DNA of 63,802 nucleotides, counting the filler, from Nemertoderma westbladi (taxonomy: Eukaryota > Animalia > Xenacoelomorpha): the NCBI GenBank assembly GCA_032718475.1. It is 3 parts of 3 records of this genome, joined end to end, with 100 filler letters (N's around TTAATTAATTAA, not from the genome) between each part and the next. Parts side by side here need not be neighbours in the genome. Positions count along the whole stretch, not along the records: positions 1 to 27,388 come from JAUCBJ010002817.1; positions 27,489 to 56,875 come from JAUCBJ010003311.1; 1 more part is not named here. One strand, 5' to 3'. Made by a program: the position numbers and the translations under genes. Below the pieces are notes generated by a model that worked only from the letters and a program-made list of their open reading frames with translations, made no database searches and was not told the DNA's origin. Of the stretch, positions 24,134 through 35,490 are shown piece by piece; position 1 is the first letter of the stretch; each line of letters opens with the position of its first letter.

Positions 24134-25749
24134 AAGAGAATTCGAAATTTTCGTGTGATTATTTTTAAACATCAATAACTTCTGTTCTACAGGACCGTTT
24201 GATCTGAAACTTTTTTCATTGGATAGAGGATAGATTGTAGTGTGTGAAATAGGATACAACTTTGGAAAAGACGCATGTGCACTTAGTGCATAATGCACTT
24301 AAATAGTACACATTTTTTCGATATTTTAAACACTATTATTTCCAGTTCTATTCATCGTAGAATGTTATTTTTTGGATTAAAATGTAGTTTGGAGTGATTT
24401 CTAACTATAATCGTAACATTTGTTTAACTTTTTATGTATACAAAGTGATTTAAAATGCCCATGAATATGGCCCAAAATCGCAAATGTCGCGATTTATTAA
24501 ATTTGATTTTTTACACTTTTAGTGACTGACACTTGATCATACACCATCGTAGATCGGTAGAGGATAAACATAAGTTTGTTAAATAAGAACCACCATTACG
24601 ATCTGCTAAAGTGCACTTGTACAAATAAATGTCCAAAAGTGCAAATTTTTTAATAAGGTCAAATTATATAGCATTGGGTTCTTTTCTTTGCAGATACTTT
24701 ATTTTCATATTAATATGTTGTTTGGCTCATACTGAGCGCATTAGGGATAAGTGTACAAATAACCGGCCCTTATTAAGGCTTCGATTGGGTTAATAAATAA
24801 AACATAAGGTTGTAATATTCTAAAAAACCAGTGTGATATTAAATGCACTTTAAACAATAAATAGAGATCAATTAACAAATGGACCACACAATAAAAAACT
24901 CGCACAATTTTGTACTTATTATATTGCTTCAAATTAATTCAACAGTGGATATTTGGGGGAAGGGGGAAGTTACAGTGTGCATTCGGGGGAAGTTTGGTGA
25001 ACTGCATTTATGCAGTGAATCCAAACTTCCCCCTTTGAGATATCATATACTTAAGACATGCTAGGGTGACGGGGAAATATTTGTTACTGTCACACTTTGT
25101 TTCCATTTATCCTATCCTTTATTATTACCCCAGTCAGATAAGAGATAATAATCAGTAAAAACCAAACTAAACTGTCTTTCATGCAAACAAATTTCTAATT
25201 AAAGACGGGTGAATGACCATGACCATGGAAATAATTTTAAATATAATCGTATATCAACTATTTGGGGAGGCTTCCAAACCCAGAAAACAATTATTTCGTT
25301 ACATATAATATAGTAAATAACGTTGTATGTTCTTCTTCCTCTCATAATAAAATGTATATGAAATATCTCTGATCGCTGTGCCCTGAACATTTCACAACCA
25401 AAATGTTTCAGTGTGAAAAGTGTAGGCCTACCACACCCCGCCCAAACAGCCGCAAACGCATAGCCAACAAATTTATAAAAAGTTTACATACATGTTGTGT
25501 TCATGACGAGATGAGTGAAAATTGAGCGCGTAATATAAAGTAAAAAATTAAGAGTCGGGCTGGCTCTCCTCCACTTTCTTACCCAATGGATATGTTGTTG
25601 TAATAATCTAATATTGGGGGCGGCTTTCTCTCGGTGGAGTATATCTCCACGTATAATTGATATTTTATAATCATAACGGGTAACTGAGCTTGTGCCCCAA
25701 AACTATCAGTTTCACTCTTTCAGGTTCGATGACATTTGTATAGCAGATA

Positions 25750-27210
25750 CACAGCTCCCCCAGAACCTGAAATAATAAAACTAATTCGGATGTCTGATGG
25801 CCTGCCCACTTCGTCTGTATTGGGTCTTGATATAGTTTCTTGTGGGTTGGGAGAGTCTGTGTAGGGAGTGGATGAAAGGGGGGCCGGAGGTTTAACGGCT
25901 GGCAGCCTTCTCCGACGCAATGGGATGGCCACTGTAATAGGTTCGTCCATCGCGAGGTGGGTTATCTAAAAAGAAAGACAGGCATCTGGCTGTTATCTTT
26001 GTTGACTTCTTCAAGGCCTTTGATTCAGTCCCTCGCTCACGTATGTTCAGCATACTTTCATTATATGGGATTCCTGATGAAATTATTGCAACAATCAGAT
26101 CAGTATACGATGGTTCGACAACGTTTGTGTCTACTGTTGATGGTGACACAGAACCATTTGAAGTGTTATGGGGCGTCCTCCAGGGAGACACACTTGCACC
26201 ATTCTTGTTCATAATTGTTGTTGACTATGTTCTACGCATGTCCTTAGATCATCATAATGATGATGGGGTGATGATAACTCCACCTACTGGCTCCAGAAGT
26301 CGAGGAAATCCTGCCAAGTACCTAACTGATCTAGACTTTGCTGATGACTTAGGAGTACTCTCAGAATCACTAGAGGGAGCCCAACGGCTCCTCAGCTTAT
26401 TAGAACATGCTGCTACTAGTGTTGGTCTTTCTATTAACTCCAGAAAGACCAAAATTTTGACAGTTAACTTTGAAAGTCCTCAGCAAGTCTCTGATCGGAT
26501 GAGCATAAGCTCAAAAGATGGTATGCTTGAGCATGTGGATGACTTCTGTTACCTGGGATCATGGATCCGGAAGTCAGGTGAGGACCTTCGAATACGTAAG
26601 GGAAAGGCATGGGCAGCCTTGAATAGGCTTTCCAGGATTTGGAAGTCACGGAGAATTAAATGGAAACTTAAGGTCCGATTATTTAGAGCAGCAGTAGTTC
26701 CAGTACTCCTCTATGGGAGTCCATGCTGGGCTCTAACTGCTCTGGACACCAAATCTCTGGATGGCACATTCACAAGAATGCTACGCCGGGTTCATTGTGT
26801 CAAGTACAATGCATACATCTCCAACCAGACACTATATAACATTGGAGGTGTCTCATTGGTTCCCCCAAGCTTGACACTAGAACAAAATCGCCTCCGCTTT
26901 GCAGGACATTCGCCGTGAGGACCAGTCAGTGCATAATCTTTTACTTTGGCAGCCTCATGGAGTGAATAAGAGACGCATCTTAAAGGACACTGTCCTTGAA
27001 GATGCGGATGATCTAGCAAATGTCATGGGTGATAGGGAGTTGTAGCGGTGTAATTTTGTCGAAAAGCTGGCACAGCATTCTTAAAAATGCAGCTGCAATG
27101 CAGCATGCCGATCCTAGTAGTAGTAGTAGTAGTAGAGGTGAGCCGGTTTGAGTCTGTCGATGGAGACTGTCTTTCGACTTCCGCCTACCTTGACCATGTA
27201 CGATGTACGA
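25750..27210 (-). mobile_element. Gypsy/Ty3 integrase C-terminal relic with PPT, split by an RTE insertion
   Basis: 27136-27210 encodes YMVKVGGSRKTVSIDRLKPAHL and continues in frame at ~25955 as AMDEPITVAIP. A purine tract GGGGGAG precedes TGT at ~25751. Confidence 0.65.
25960..27135 (+). mobile_element. 5'-truncated RTE-type LINE (RT C-half, 3' UTR, (TAG)7 tail, AGGTG TSD)
   Basis: RT motifs FVDFFKAFDSV, GVLQGDTLAPFLF, DLDFADD, FCYLGS and RFAGH. AGGTG occurs at 25955-25959 and 27136-27140. Confidence 0.92.
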
Positions 27211-27320
27211 GCAAAGAGCATTAAGACCAATCGTGCCAGTGGAGTAGATGGTGTTCCCCCTGAAGTCTTTAAAATAGCTGAGTGTTTAAAGCTCATCTAT
27301 CCCATTATAGTAGACATATG
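27210..27320 (+). mobile_element. Short RTE RT fragment
   Basis: AKSIKTNRASGVDGVPPEVFK matches the 41180-41290 (-) copy. Confidence 0.75.
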
Positions 27321-27388
27321 GCCAGGGATATTTACCAACAACAAAATCTAAAATACACAATAAAAATTTTAACGGATACAACCGATAA

Positions 27389-27488
27389 NNNNNNNNNNNN
27401 NNNNNNNNNNNNNNNNNNNNNNNNNNNNNNNNTTAATTAATTAANNNNNNNNNNNNNNNNNNNNNNNNNNNNNNNNNNNNNNNNNNNN
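27389..27488. other. Assembly gap with artificial TTAATTAATTAA linker
   Basis: 44 N, a 12-mer giving stops in all six frames, then 44 N. Confidence 0.97.
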
Positions 27489-28122
27489 ATATTTACAGAA
27501 GACTACATTTGTAGTGCTTGGGCACTACATAGTGATTGATACTTTTAGACACAATCTGTATGTGATACCAGCTGACCAGAGGTACCGGTACCCAGAATAT
27601 TACTACAGTACGGCCTGACAGTACTGCAGTAGGTACTACACCTTCCACTGTCCGTCTATACCACTTTCCTAATGCAGGAGTTACTGGTACCAGTACAGCA
27701 GTAACAATACAGCAATAGGCTACACTAGCCCGCTCTAGCATTCCAAGGCATTAGAATGATTGACTGTGCCTGTCTCAAAGTCTGGAAATTTCTGAATGCA
27801 GTTCAAAATTTCTGAACGCAGGAATTTTTGTAAATAAAATATAATTGCTGTTTCTAACAGCAGAACAGTTTGAACTCTATTTTAAATACCGGTACCACTG
27901 AACCATTGCCCTGTCAGCCTGTACTCTGCGCTACAACTGTACTCCCTTCACCCGAGTCTAAACACTACACACGCGCACATGCCAGCATGCACATGCCCAC
28001 TTTAAGATTGTTGCTGTGATTGTGACGCTCACCACATGGTGCATTGGCAGATTGGCCTGGAATCTACTCCACTTCACTTCACCCTTTTGAAAACCTGAAT
28101 GAATCTCATCAAAAGGGTCCCT

Positions 28123-29193
28123 GCTAAAATGAAAAGTGCAAGTAACAAGTATTTTTCAAATTAATGAAAACAACTAGACTTGTAGGAATGGTATTTATTT
28201 CAATTATATATAGGTTTTCTGGTACGCCGATTTCAATGGAAGGCTTTTTAAATTCCGCAGTTGAACACATCTACTATTTTTGGCGCTAAAATGAAAAGTG
28301 CAAGTAAACAGCATTTTTCAAATTAATGAAAACAACTAGACTTGTAGGAATGGTGTTTATTTCAATTACATACAGGTTTTCTGGTGCGCTGATTTCAATG
28401 GAAGGCTTTTTAAATTCCGCAGTTGAACGCACCTACTGACCTACCGTTTTTGGTGCTAAAATGAAAAGTGCAAGTAACCAGCATTTGTAAAATTAGTTGA
28501 AACAATAAGAATTGTAGGAATGGTATTTATTTCAATTACATACGTTTTCTGGTACGCCGATTTCAATGGAAGGCTTTTTAAATTCCGCAGTTGAACACAT
28601 CTACTGACATACCATTTTTGGTGCTAAAATGAAAAGTGCAAGTAACCAGCATTTTTCAAATTAGTGAAAACAACTAGAATTGTACGAATGGTGTTTCTTT
28701 CTCTATTACATACAGTTTTTCCTGCTGTTCTGGTACGCCGATTTCAATGGAAGGCTTTTTTAATTCCGCAGTTGACTGGTTGAACATACCTACCATTTTT
28801 GGTGCTAAAATGAAAAGTGCAAGTAAACAGCATTTTTCAAATTAGTGAAAACAACTAGAATTGTACGAATGGTGTTTCTTTCTCTATTACATACAGTTTT
28901 TCCTGCTGTTCTGGTACGCCGATTTCAATGGAAGGCTTTTTTAATTCCGCAGTTGACTGGTTGAACATACCTACCATTTTTGGTGCTAAAATGAAAAGTG
29001 CAAGTAAACAGCATTTTTCAAATTAGTGAAAACAACTAGACTTGCAGGAACGGTGTTTATTTCAATTACATACAGGTTTTCTGGTGCGCTGATTTCAATG
29101 GAAGGCTTTTTAAATTCCGCAGTTGAATACAACTACAATGTTCGGTGCTAAAATGAAAAGTGCAAGAGTAAATAAACATAATTTTTCAAATTT
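28123..29193. repeat. Satellite-like tandem array, 162-181-bp unit x~6.3
   Basis: Units start gctaaaatgaaaagtgcaag at about 28123, 28285, 28455, 28623, 28804, 28985 and 29147. Confidence 0.93.
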
Positions 29194-30539
29194 TGCAGAG
29201 TATATGTAAGCAGCCATACGTTCTACTGTTCTATGTAGTATTGTAAGCTGATATTTTGGTTATTATGTGTACTACCTGATTACAGTATAATTATAATTAC
29301 ATCCCACTGCAGCAGTGGTCATAAATGATACAAATTAATTTATACTGTATAATAATGATTCCTAAGTTTGTGTCACAACCGTTACGGTCATAAGTGCTGT
29401 TATGGCACATTATAGGTTAAGAAGAAACCTTTGTACACCCAATATTACAATTATCACTTTGTGTGGAATCATATTCCAAAATGTAATCTAAATGGAGAGT
29501 AAAAAAGACGACCTTTCGTTCCTTGAATTATCCATGCTATGCTATGCTAATATTCCCATTTCCCACATGTTAATGTCACGACCGTTACGCTGATTACTAC
29601 AACTGGAACATATAGTCAAGTTAAACTATATGACTCAAACAATTGATAAGAACCATACCTAACGATAGATATAAAAGATTATAACCATTACTACCGGGGA
29701 TCTGGAGATATTGGAAAAACTTGTTCTTCAGCGTAACAGTCGTGACATATTTTCCATCCACTCATTACAATATGCTATTAGAAAAATATTTATTAGTTGT
29801 ACATTATTTAACCGACGTGGCTAATTACTACATAGATATAAGATTCTGAAAAACATATGACATTGCCAGTTTGGTAATTATCATGCCATTTTGGTTTGTA
29901 TGTAATTAATGCCAAAAATATTGAATTTTTGGCATTTTTTAAATTACATTTTGCGGACGCCGTAAAAAAAAATTGGCGAGGGTTATGGAACATTTGAAAA
30001 CAGTTTTATGAAGCACAATATGTGTGCTACACACTCAATACAAAATAAATGCAGTTCTAAGTACTTTCATTTTTCACCAAAAGGTTTACTTTTGCTTGGA
30101 ATGGCTGTACAGTACCTAACTCACTAACTGCGTGGTAGAGTATACTGTAGGTAGCCTACCGCTGTACCGTACGTGTACCAGTACTGCAGTACATTATGCT
30201 GGCATGACAGTCAGTAAATGGCTGCAGTGGTACAGCTGTACAGTGTACAATCATAGCATTTACAACAATTTTTTACAGTAGGGCTGTAGGGCCTATCTCA
30301 GTATCTGTAACAGTCTGCTAGTCAGCCAGCTGGCCAGTACCTGCCAGTACTGCAGTACAGTCAGGCAGTCATTGACTAAGTAAATACTGCAGTATTAGGC
30401 CTATGCTTGATATTGAAGCTGTACTACAGTACTTACTTACAGACTTATACTGTTATAATGTAAATAATTTTTCAGATTAGAATATGCTGATATGCACGAA
30501 ATATAATACTTTATTAAACAATTTACTCCGGCAATATTT

Positions 30540-30800
30540 TTACCGGAGCAGGAGCCGGAGGTGCCAAAATGGCCGGAGCCGGAGCCGGATCCGGAGCTCC
30601 GATCAAGCCCTAGATAATAGGGTATGTGTATGTGACCTAGTTGCCGAAACGCGACTTCAGTTATCAGTTCGCCGAAATGCAACTACCAGTTGCCGAAATG
30701 CAACTATAGCAGTGTGAAACGTAATTGTTAAGTTACCGAAACGCGAATTTGAGTTGCCTAAACGTGACAGCCTGACAGCAGACAGTTGTCGAAACGCGAC
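30540..30800. repeat. (GCCGGA)n tract and ~21-bp gttgccgaaacgc repeats, probably DNA-transposon subterminal relics
   Basis: Repeats are seen directly. The origin is inferred. Confidence 0.55.
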
Positions 30801-30965
30801 AGAACCGGTAGGCCTACCGGTAGGCGGTATTGCCAGATCAGCAGATTGCAGAGTGAAAATCATATATTTCTGTATTTTGTAAATATCCCTATCACTGTCT
30901 GACTGTATCAGGACGGGATGTAGGCCTACTGTGTTTTAATATAATAATACAGTACAGCAGTCAGC

Positions 30966-33477
30966 CTAATCCGGAGTGTCAATGTCAAGACCGCCTTCCA
31001 CCGTGTAGTACCCTGTCAGACACCGCTGAATGATGAATTGCTCCGCAACCTATTAGAAGAAATAGCAGCATATCTTAACGACAGACCTCTCATGCGCATT
31101 TCTTCGGAGCCGAAATCCTTAGAAGCACTGACACCTGCACATTTTTTACTGAAAAAGCCAGTAGTAATGTTGCCAGTGTCTAAACCTGTAAACCAGAGCA
31201 GGGTGATGAGTATTTACGCATCAAGTGGCAACTGATGCAGTTACTCTCGGAAAGATTTACCATTCACTTCGAGAGATAGGCCTATTACCAATTACCTTCC
31301 AACCATACAGTTGCGCACCAATGGTTTGCCGAGAAGAAAAATGTCAAAGTCAATGACATGATACTCCTGGATAGGGATTTGCCACGTAAGAAATGGCAAA
31401 CAGGTTGGGTCGGCAAAATCCACATTTCCGACGATGGTCTTGTGCAAGCAGTTGAGTCACAAAACCAAAGCAAAGGGAATCAAATTTGAGTCACAGACTC
31501 TTCATCGCCCTATTGGCCAGATTGGCCGGCTATGCTTATTAGAAATGGCACGGGAGGAGTCTGGAAACTATGGCAAACAGGAAGTGAGACCTGATGATTT
31601 GAACTACCTAATTACCGAATAAACTAATTGTAACACGATTGAGTTCTATGTAGGTAGGTTCTCGATCATGGGAACGGGTATTGGTTAATTCAAATAATTA
31701 GTTGTTGTAGGTATTAGTTGTAGTATTAGATTTATTAATAAATGTACATACGTTTTATTATATAAATAATTAAGTACGCTTTATTAACCAATTTCAATTT
31801 TAACTCTCTTAAGCGCTATTGTTAAAGTATAATTATTAATGTAATAATTTACAAATAGCATAGGCCTAACTATAATATAATCCTCTGATCGAATTGATAG
31901 TTATATGATTAATACTGGAATCCGCCCAGAAAAGACTGGCCTCGGGTTTTCCTTGCGCGCTAGCCACCATCTCCTACTTTCAACCACATATGTTAGTGGT
32001 TAGCGCGGCCAGGGGCTACTCGGGTTTCAGTCCGGTGGCTGAAGAGCCACGGGCGCTGTCTGAAATGAAATCTTAGGGTACCGTACATTAAATTATGTTC
32101 CCCAAAACAATTCAACTAATTTTTGATTTTATTAACCTTGGTCTTATGGTATCTTAAATATTGTACCATAAGAGATGTCCTTACAGCAACATAAAACTTG
32201 CTGATTTAACCTTGGTCTTGCTATGCATCAAGCAATGCATAGCAAGAGATGTCTTACGGGTACAACAATATAAGTATTGTTAGTTAGTACCCCCTTTATT
32301 TAACAAACTGATAAATTATTAATATCAGTTATTAAGGTCAAAATAAATCAAAATTTATGGGAACGGCAATCAATCTATTTTGATTGTCAACTTGGTTCCC
32401 AATGAAAATAATAGTGAAACAAATAATCCAAGATCACAGGAATGGATTATAAAATACCCATAACGCAAGTAATCACAAGATTACGGGAACGGCCAATCAT
32501 TTAGATGGTCTACAATAAAATTTTAAATTAAAATATCAAACCAACTGTCATTAGATTTAATTTTAAAGACTTAGTTATAGCGCAATAAGCCCAGATCTGA
32601 GTGAATGAGCAATACTCTAACTCTACGCTCGTTTACTAAACTGCCACAACTTAAAATTAAATTTAAATAATTTCAATCAAATCAATCAAAGGAACCCGTA
32701 AGGGTTCATTTATTTGTTTCGTTATTACATAATACACGCTCTCAGTATTATAAACCCATCACCAGTTTAGGTACAGTGCGTAATTGGGGTTTTATTGTTA
32801 TTTAGATTATATGGATCGGTGCTAGGTTTGTAGTTCCAATATTTGTTTATAGTATTGTAGTATTTATGAGAAACAGGAAACAGTAGCAAAGCTAGTATAG
32901 TTCCCTGTTGCCGTGGCGAGAATTTATAAATTTAAAGGCGTGGAAACGCAATTCAAGTTATTAATCAATCACATGGAGTGTACCAATTGATACACCTTTG
33001 TGGCACTTTAGTAAACACCAAATAACAGCAACTGATATCCCTGTGTTTGTTCTATGTATGTAGCACCGTATGATTGACAACATCCCGAACAATCTATCTA
33101 TGGGTGTTACAGTAGCAAATTCGAGATAACTTCCATACAATTATTTTTGGCTAACTCGGATCCAGTAAACCCTAAAAAATAGACTGCATGGCTTTGGGTT
33201 TTCCTTGCGCGCTAGCCACCTTCTCCTTCTTTCAACCACATCTGTTGGCAAGTACATGGGAGTGGAGAGGCGTTAGCGCGGCCAAGGGCAACTCGGATTT
33301 CTCGTGCGCTCAAGAGAGCTCCAGTTCGAATCGGGCTGAGGATTTCTGTGCAGCACCGTGTCAGCTGAACCCACGATATTTATTTAGCTACTCCGGTACT
33401 TATTATATCGATATGTGATGATAACAACTTATACTAGAAAGCCAGCAAGCTGGCTGGAAGGAGCCCGGGGGAAGAAT
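30966..33477 (+). mobile_element. BEL/Pao family B integrase C-terminal relic plus long hairpin-rich 3' region ending in a PPT-like tract
   Basis: LNDRPL...EALTPAHFLLK and RPIGRLCLLEMAREESGNYGKQEV match 44611-45240. GGGGGAAGAA occurs at ~33468-33477. The extent of the 3' region is inferred. Confidence 0.7.
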
Positions 33478-34989
33478 CCTATTTACAAGACTATTACAAA
33501 TAAACCTTGTCGGTCAGCAATAAGTAAACCAAACAATTGTCTAAACTATAAGGCGTGGGGCTAGCTGACTTTGTGGCTCGTCCCACATAATAAAAAATGA
33601 AACTTTGCTATGACAACACACCCGGTTCTTTTAAATTTGTGTGATTTCAGTTTTATGCTTGCACCACTATTTGTAAGAAATGTTAAAACTTATCTTACAG
33701 TATGCCAATGTAGTAATGGTATTAAAATATAAATAAATTAATTTGCACTATTAATGCTTCAGCTAAAAAATGATGCTAATCCAATGTAATAATACAAATA
33801 AGAATATTATTTTTAAGAACTTTCTACATATATCCTATACAAAATAATTAGCCCAATGATTCGTGGAATAATAATATAATCCTACTGCAGTGGTATATTT
33901 TATTTTGTTTATTGACAACTCAACTATTTTCTGTCTCTCCCTGAGAGCTGATAAAGGATGTGTAGACTCAGCCAGCAGCCAGCAGCAGGAGGGGCGTATT
34001 CAAAGACAAGAAATTCTGCATTGATGGAATTCTATCTGAGGCAGCCCTGCACTCAACCGTTACTACACAGCTAGGTGCTGCAGCAGCTCAGGGAGGAGTT
34101 GATACTTTACCATTGCTTTTAATTTCGCGACAAAATAATTTCAAAAAACGAAATATATATCGAATACCACACATAGAATCGATCTGAGATTTTGTAACAC
34201 GATTATGAACCACCAAAGCAATTTACTTTTAACATTTCAACAAAATCGACAGGCAGGAATTGCCTGAACCTTGATAATTATCAGTCAGTCGGTCAGTCAG
34301 TCAGTGTTATATATCCTGAGATTTTTACAGTAAGTATCCCGCCTGTCGAGCGGGCTCCTAATTAACAATTATGATCACGGTACTCATTGGCGACAGTTAT
34401 CAGAAGACTATAACAGTGTATAACAGGAAATTTTGAAAGATTTAGATTCAGAATATGAGTTCAACCACGACACCAATGACCCGATGATGATATTGTTAGA
34501 TGAGTCATCGTTTGTTGAACATTATAAATTGCTCAGTAATGTATGCACTATATTACTGACATCTACGCAACCCAACTATAACGACCAACCCTTCACTTTG
34601 TAAGTGTTGCCGTTATTCCCGACACCATGGGGAAAACACCGATGCTGGAGGCGGAATTTTCAGACCACAGGATTCCGGCCAGTCACCGGATATTGGGAGT
34701 GGAGAAGGAGTCCTATCTGAGATGCAAGATTGCAGTCAAGAAAAAGTTGCATTGGTTGGAAATAATCTTTAATGTAACCTTGATCGATACTGAACCTTGT
34801 GACTGAACCTTGATTGAGAATAATTTGGGCTTCCCCATACCAATATACCAAATATTCACAATAATACACGAACATATAAATTCCTACAGTACATTAATTA
34901 ATTACCCACTGTTCGCTTTAGATTTTAACCTAACTAATGTTCCCCATTTTCCCTCGGTCCTAGTCCCGGTACCGTAGTGTCGGCGTTGG

Positions 34990-35490
34990 TCGACCCTGTT
35001 GCGTGTCCGTCCCACCCTTCCCGAACCCCGAAGGGATCGGTCATCAGGAAAGCGGTAAGGCTTGGCTAAGGGTCGGTCAAGTCGGTAGACCCGGTTGCGT
35101 GTCCGTCCCACCCTTCCCGAACCCCGAAAGGATCGGTCATCAGGAAAGCGGTACGACTTGGCTAGGGGTCTGTCAGCCCGTTGTGAGTACCAACTGTCGG
35201 TAGCTTTCTGAGTCACTTTCAGGCTCGTAGTAACGCCGGTCGTGGAACCCACTCCAGGAAGGCAGTTCTCGTCGAACCCTTCCTTCATCTAGTCGGTCGA
35301 TCCGTCGCAAGTCCCCGGTGCCGTCAGCAAGCTTTCCGAGTCCCTTTCAGGCTCGTAATAACTGCCGGTGACCAGGGACCGCTAAGGATCTGTCAGTTCC
35401 CGTCGCAAATCCCTGACACAATCAGCAGGCTTTCCGAATCCTTTTCAGGTTCGTAATAACTGCTGTTGGCCAGGAACCGCTAAGGGCAGT
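34990..35490. repeat. GC-rich compound tandem repeats (2 x ~96 bp, then 3 x ~95-130 bp)
   Basis: gttgcgtgtccgtcccacccttcccgaaccccgaa...x2 and gctttcYgagtcNNtttcaggYtcgtaRtaac x3. Possibly inside an LTR relic. Confidence 0.75.

Noticed and set aside
27433-27444. TTAATTAATTAA within N runs (also in the 56876-56975 gap)
   Set aside because: Artificial scaffolding linker. Contiguity across the gaps is unverified.
35000-35165. Hammerhead-like CTGATGA-stem(TTCG)-GAA on the minus strand in both 96-bp repeats
   Set aside because: The core reads GAAG rather than GAAA, stem II opens with C-G, and no convincing stem I plus NUH site was found.
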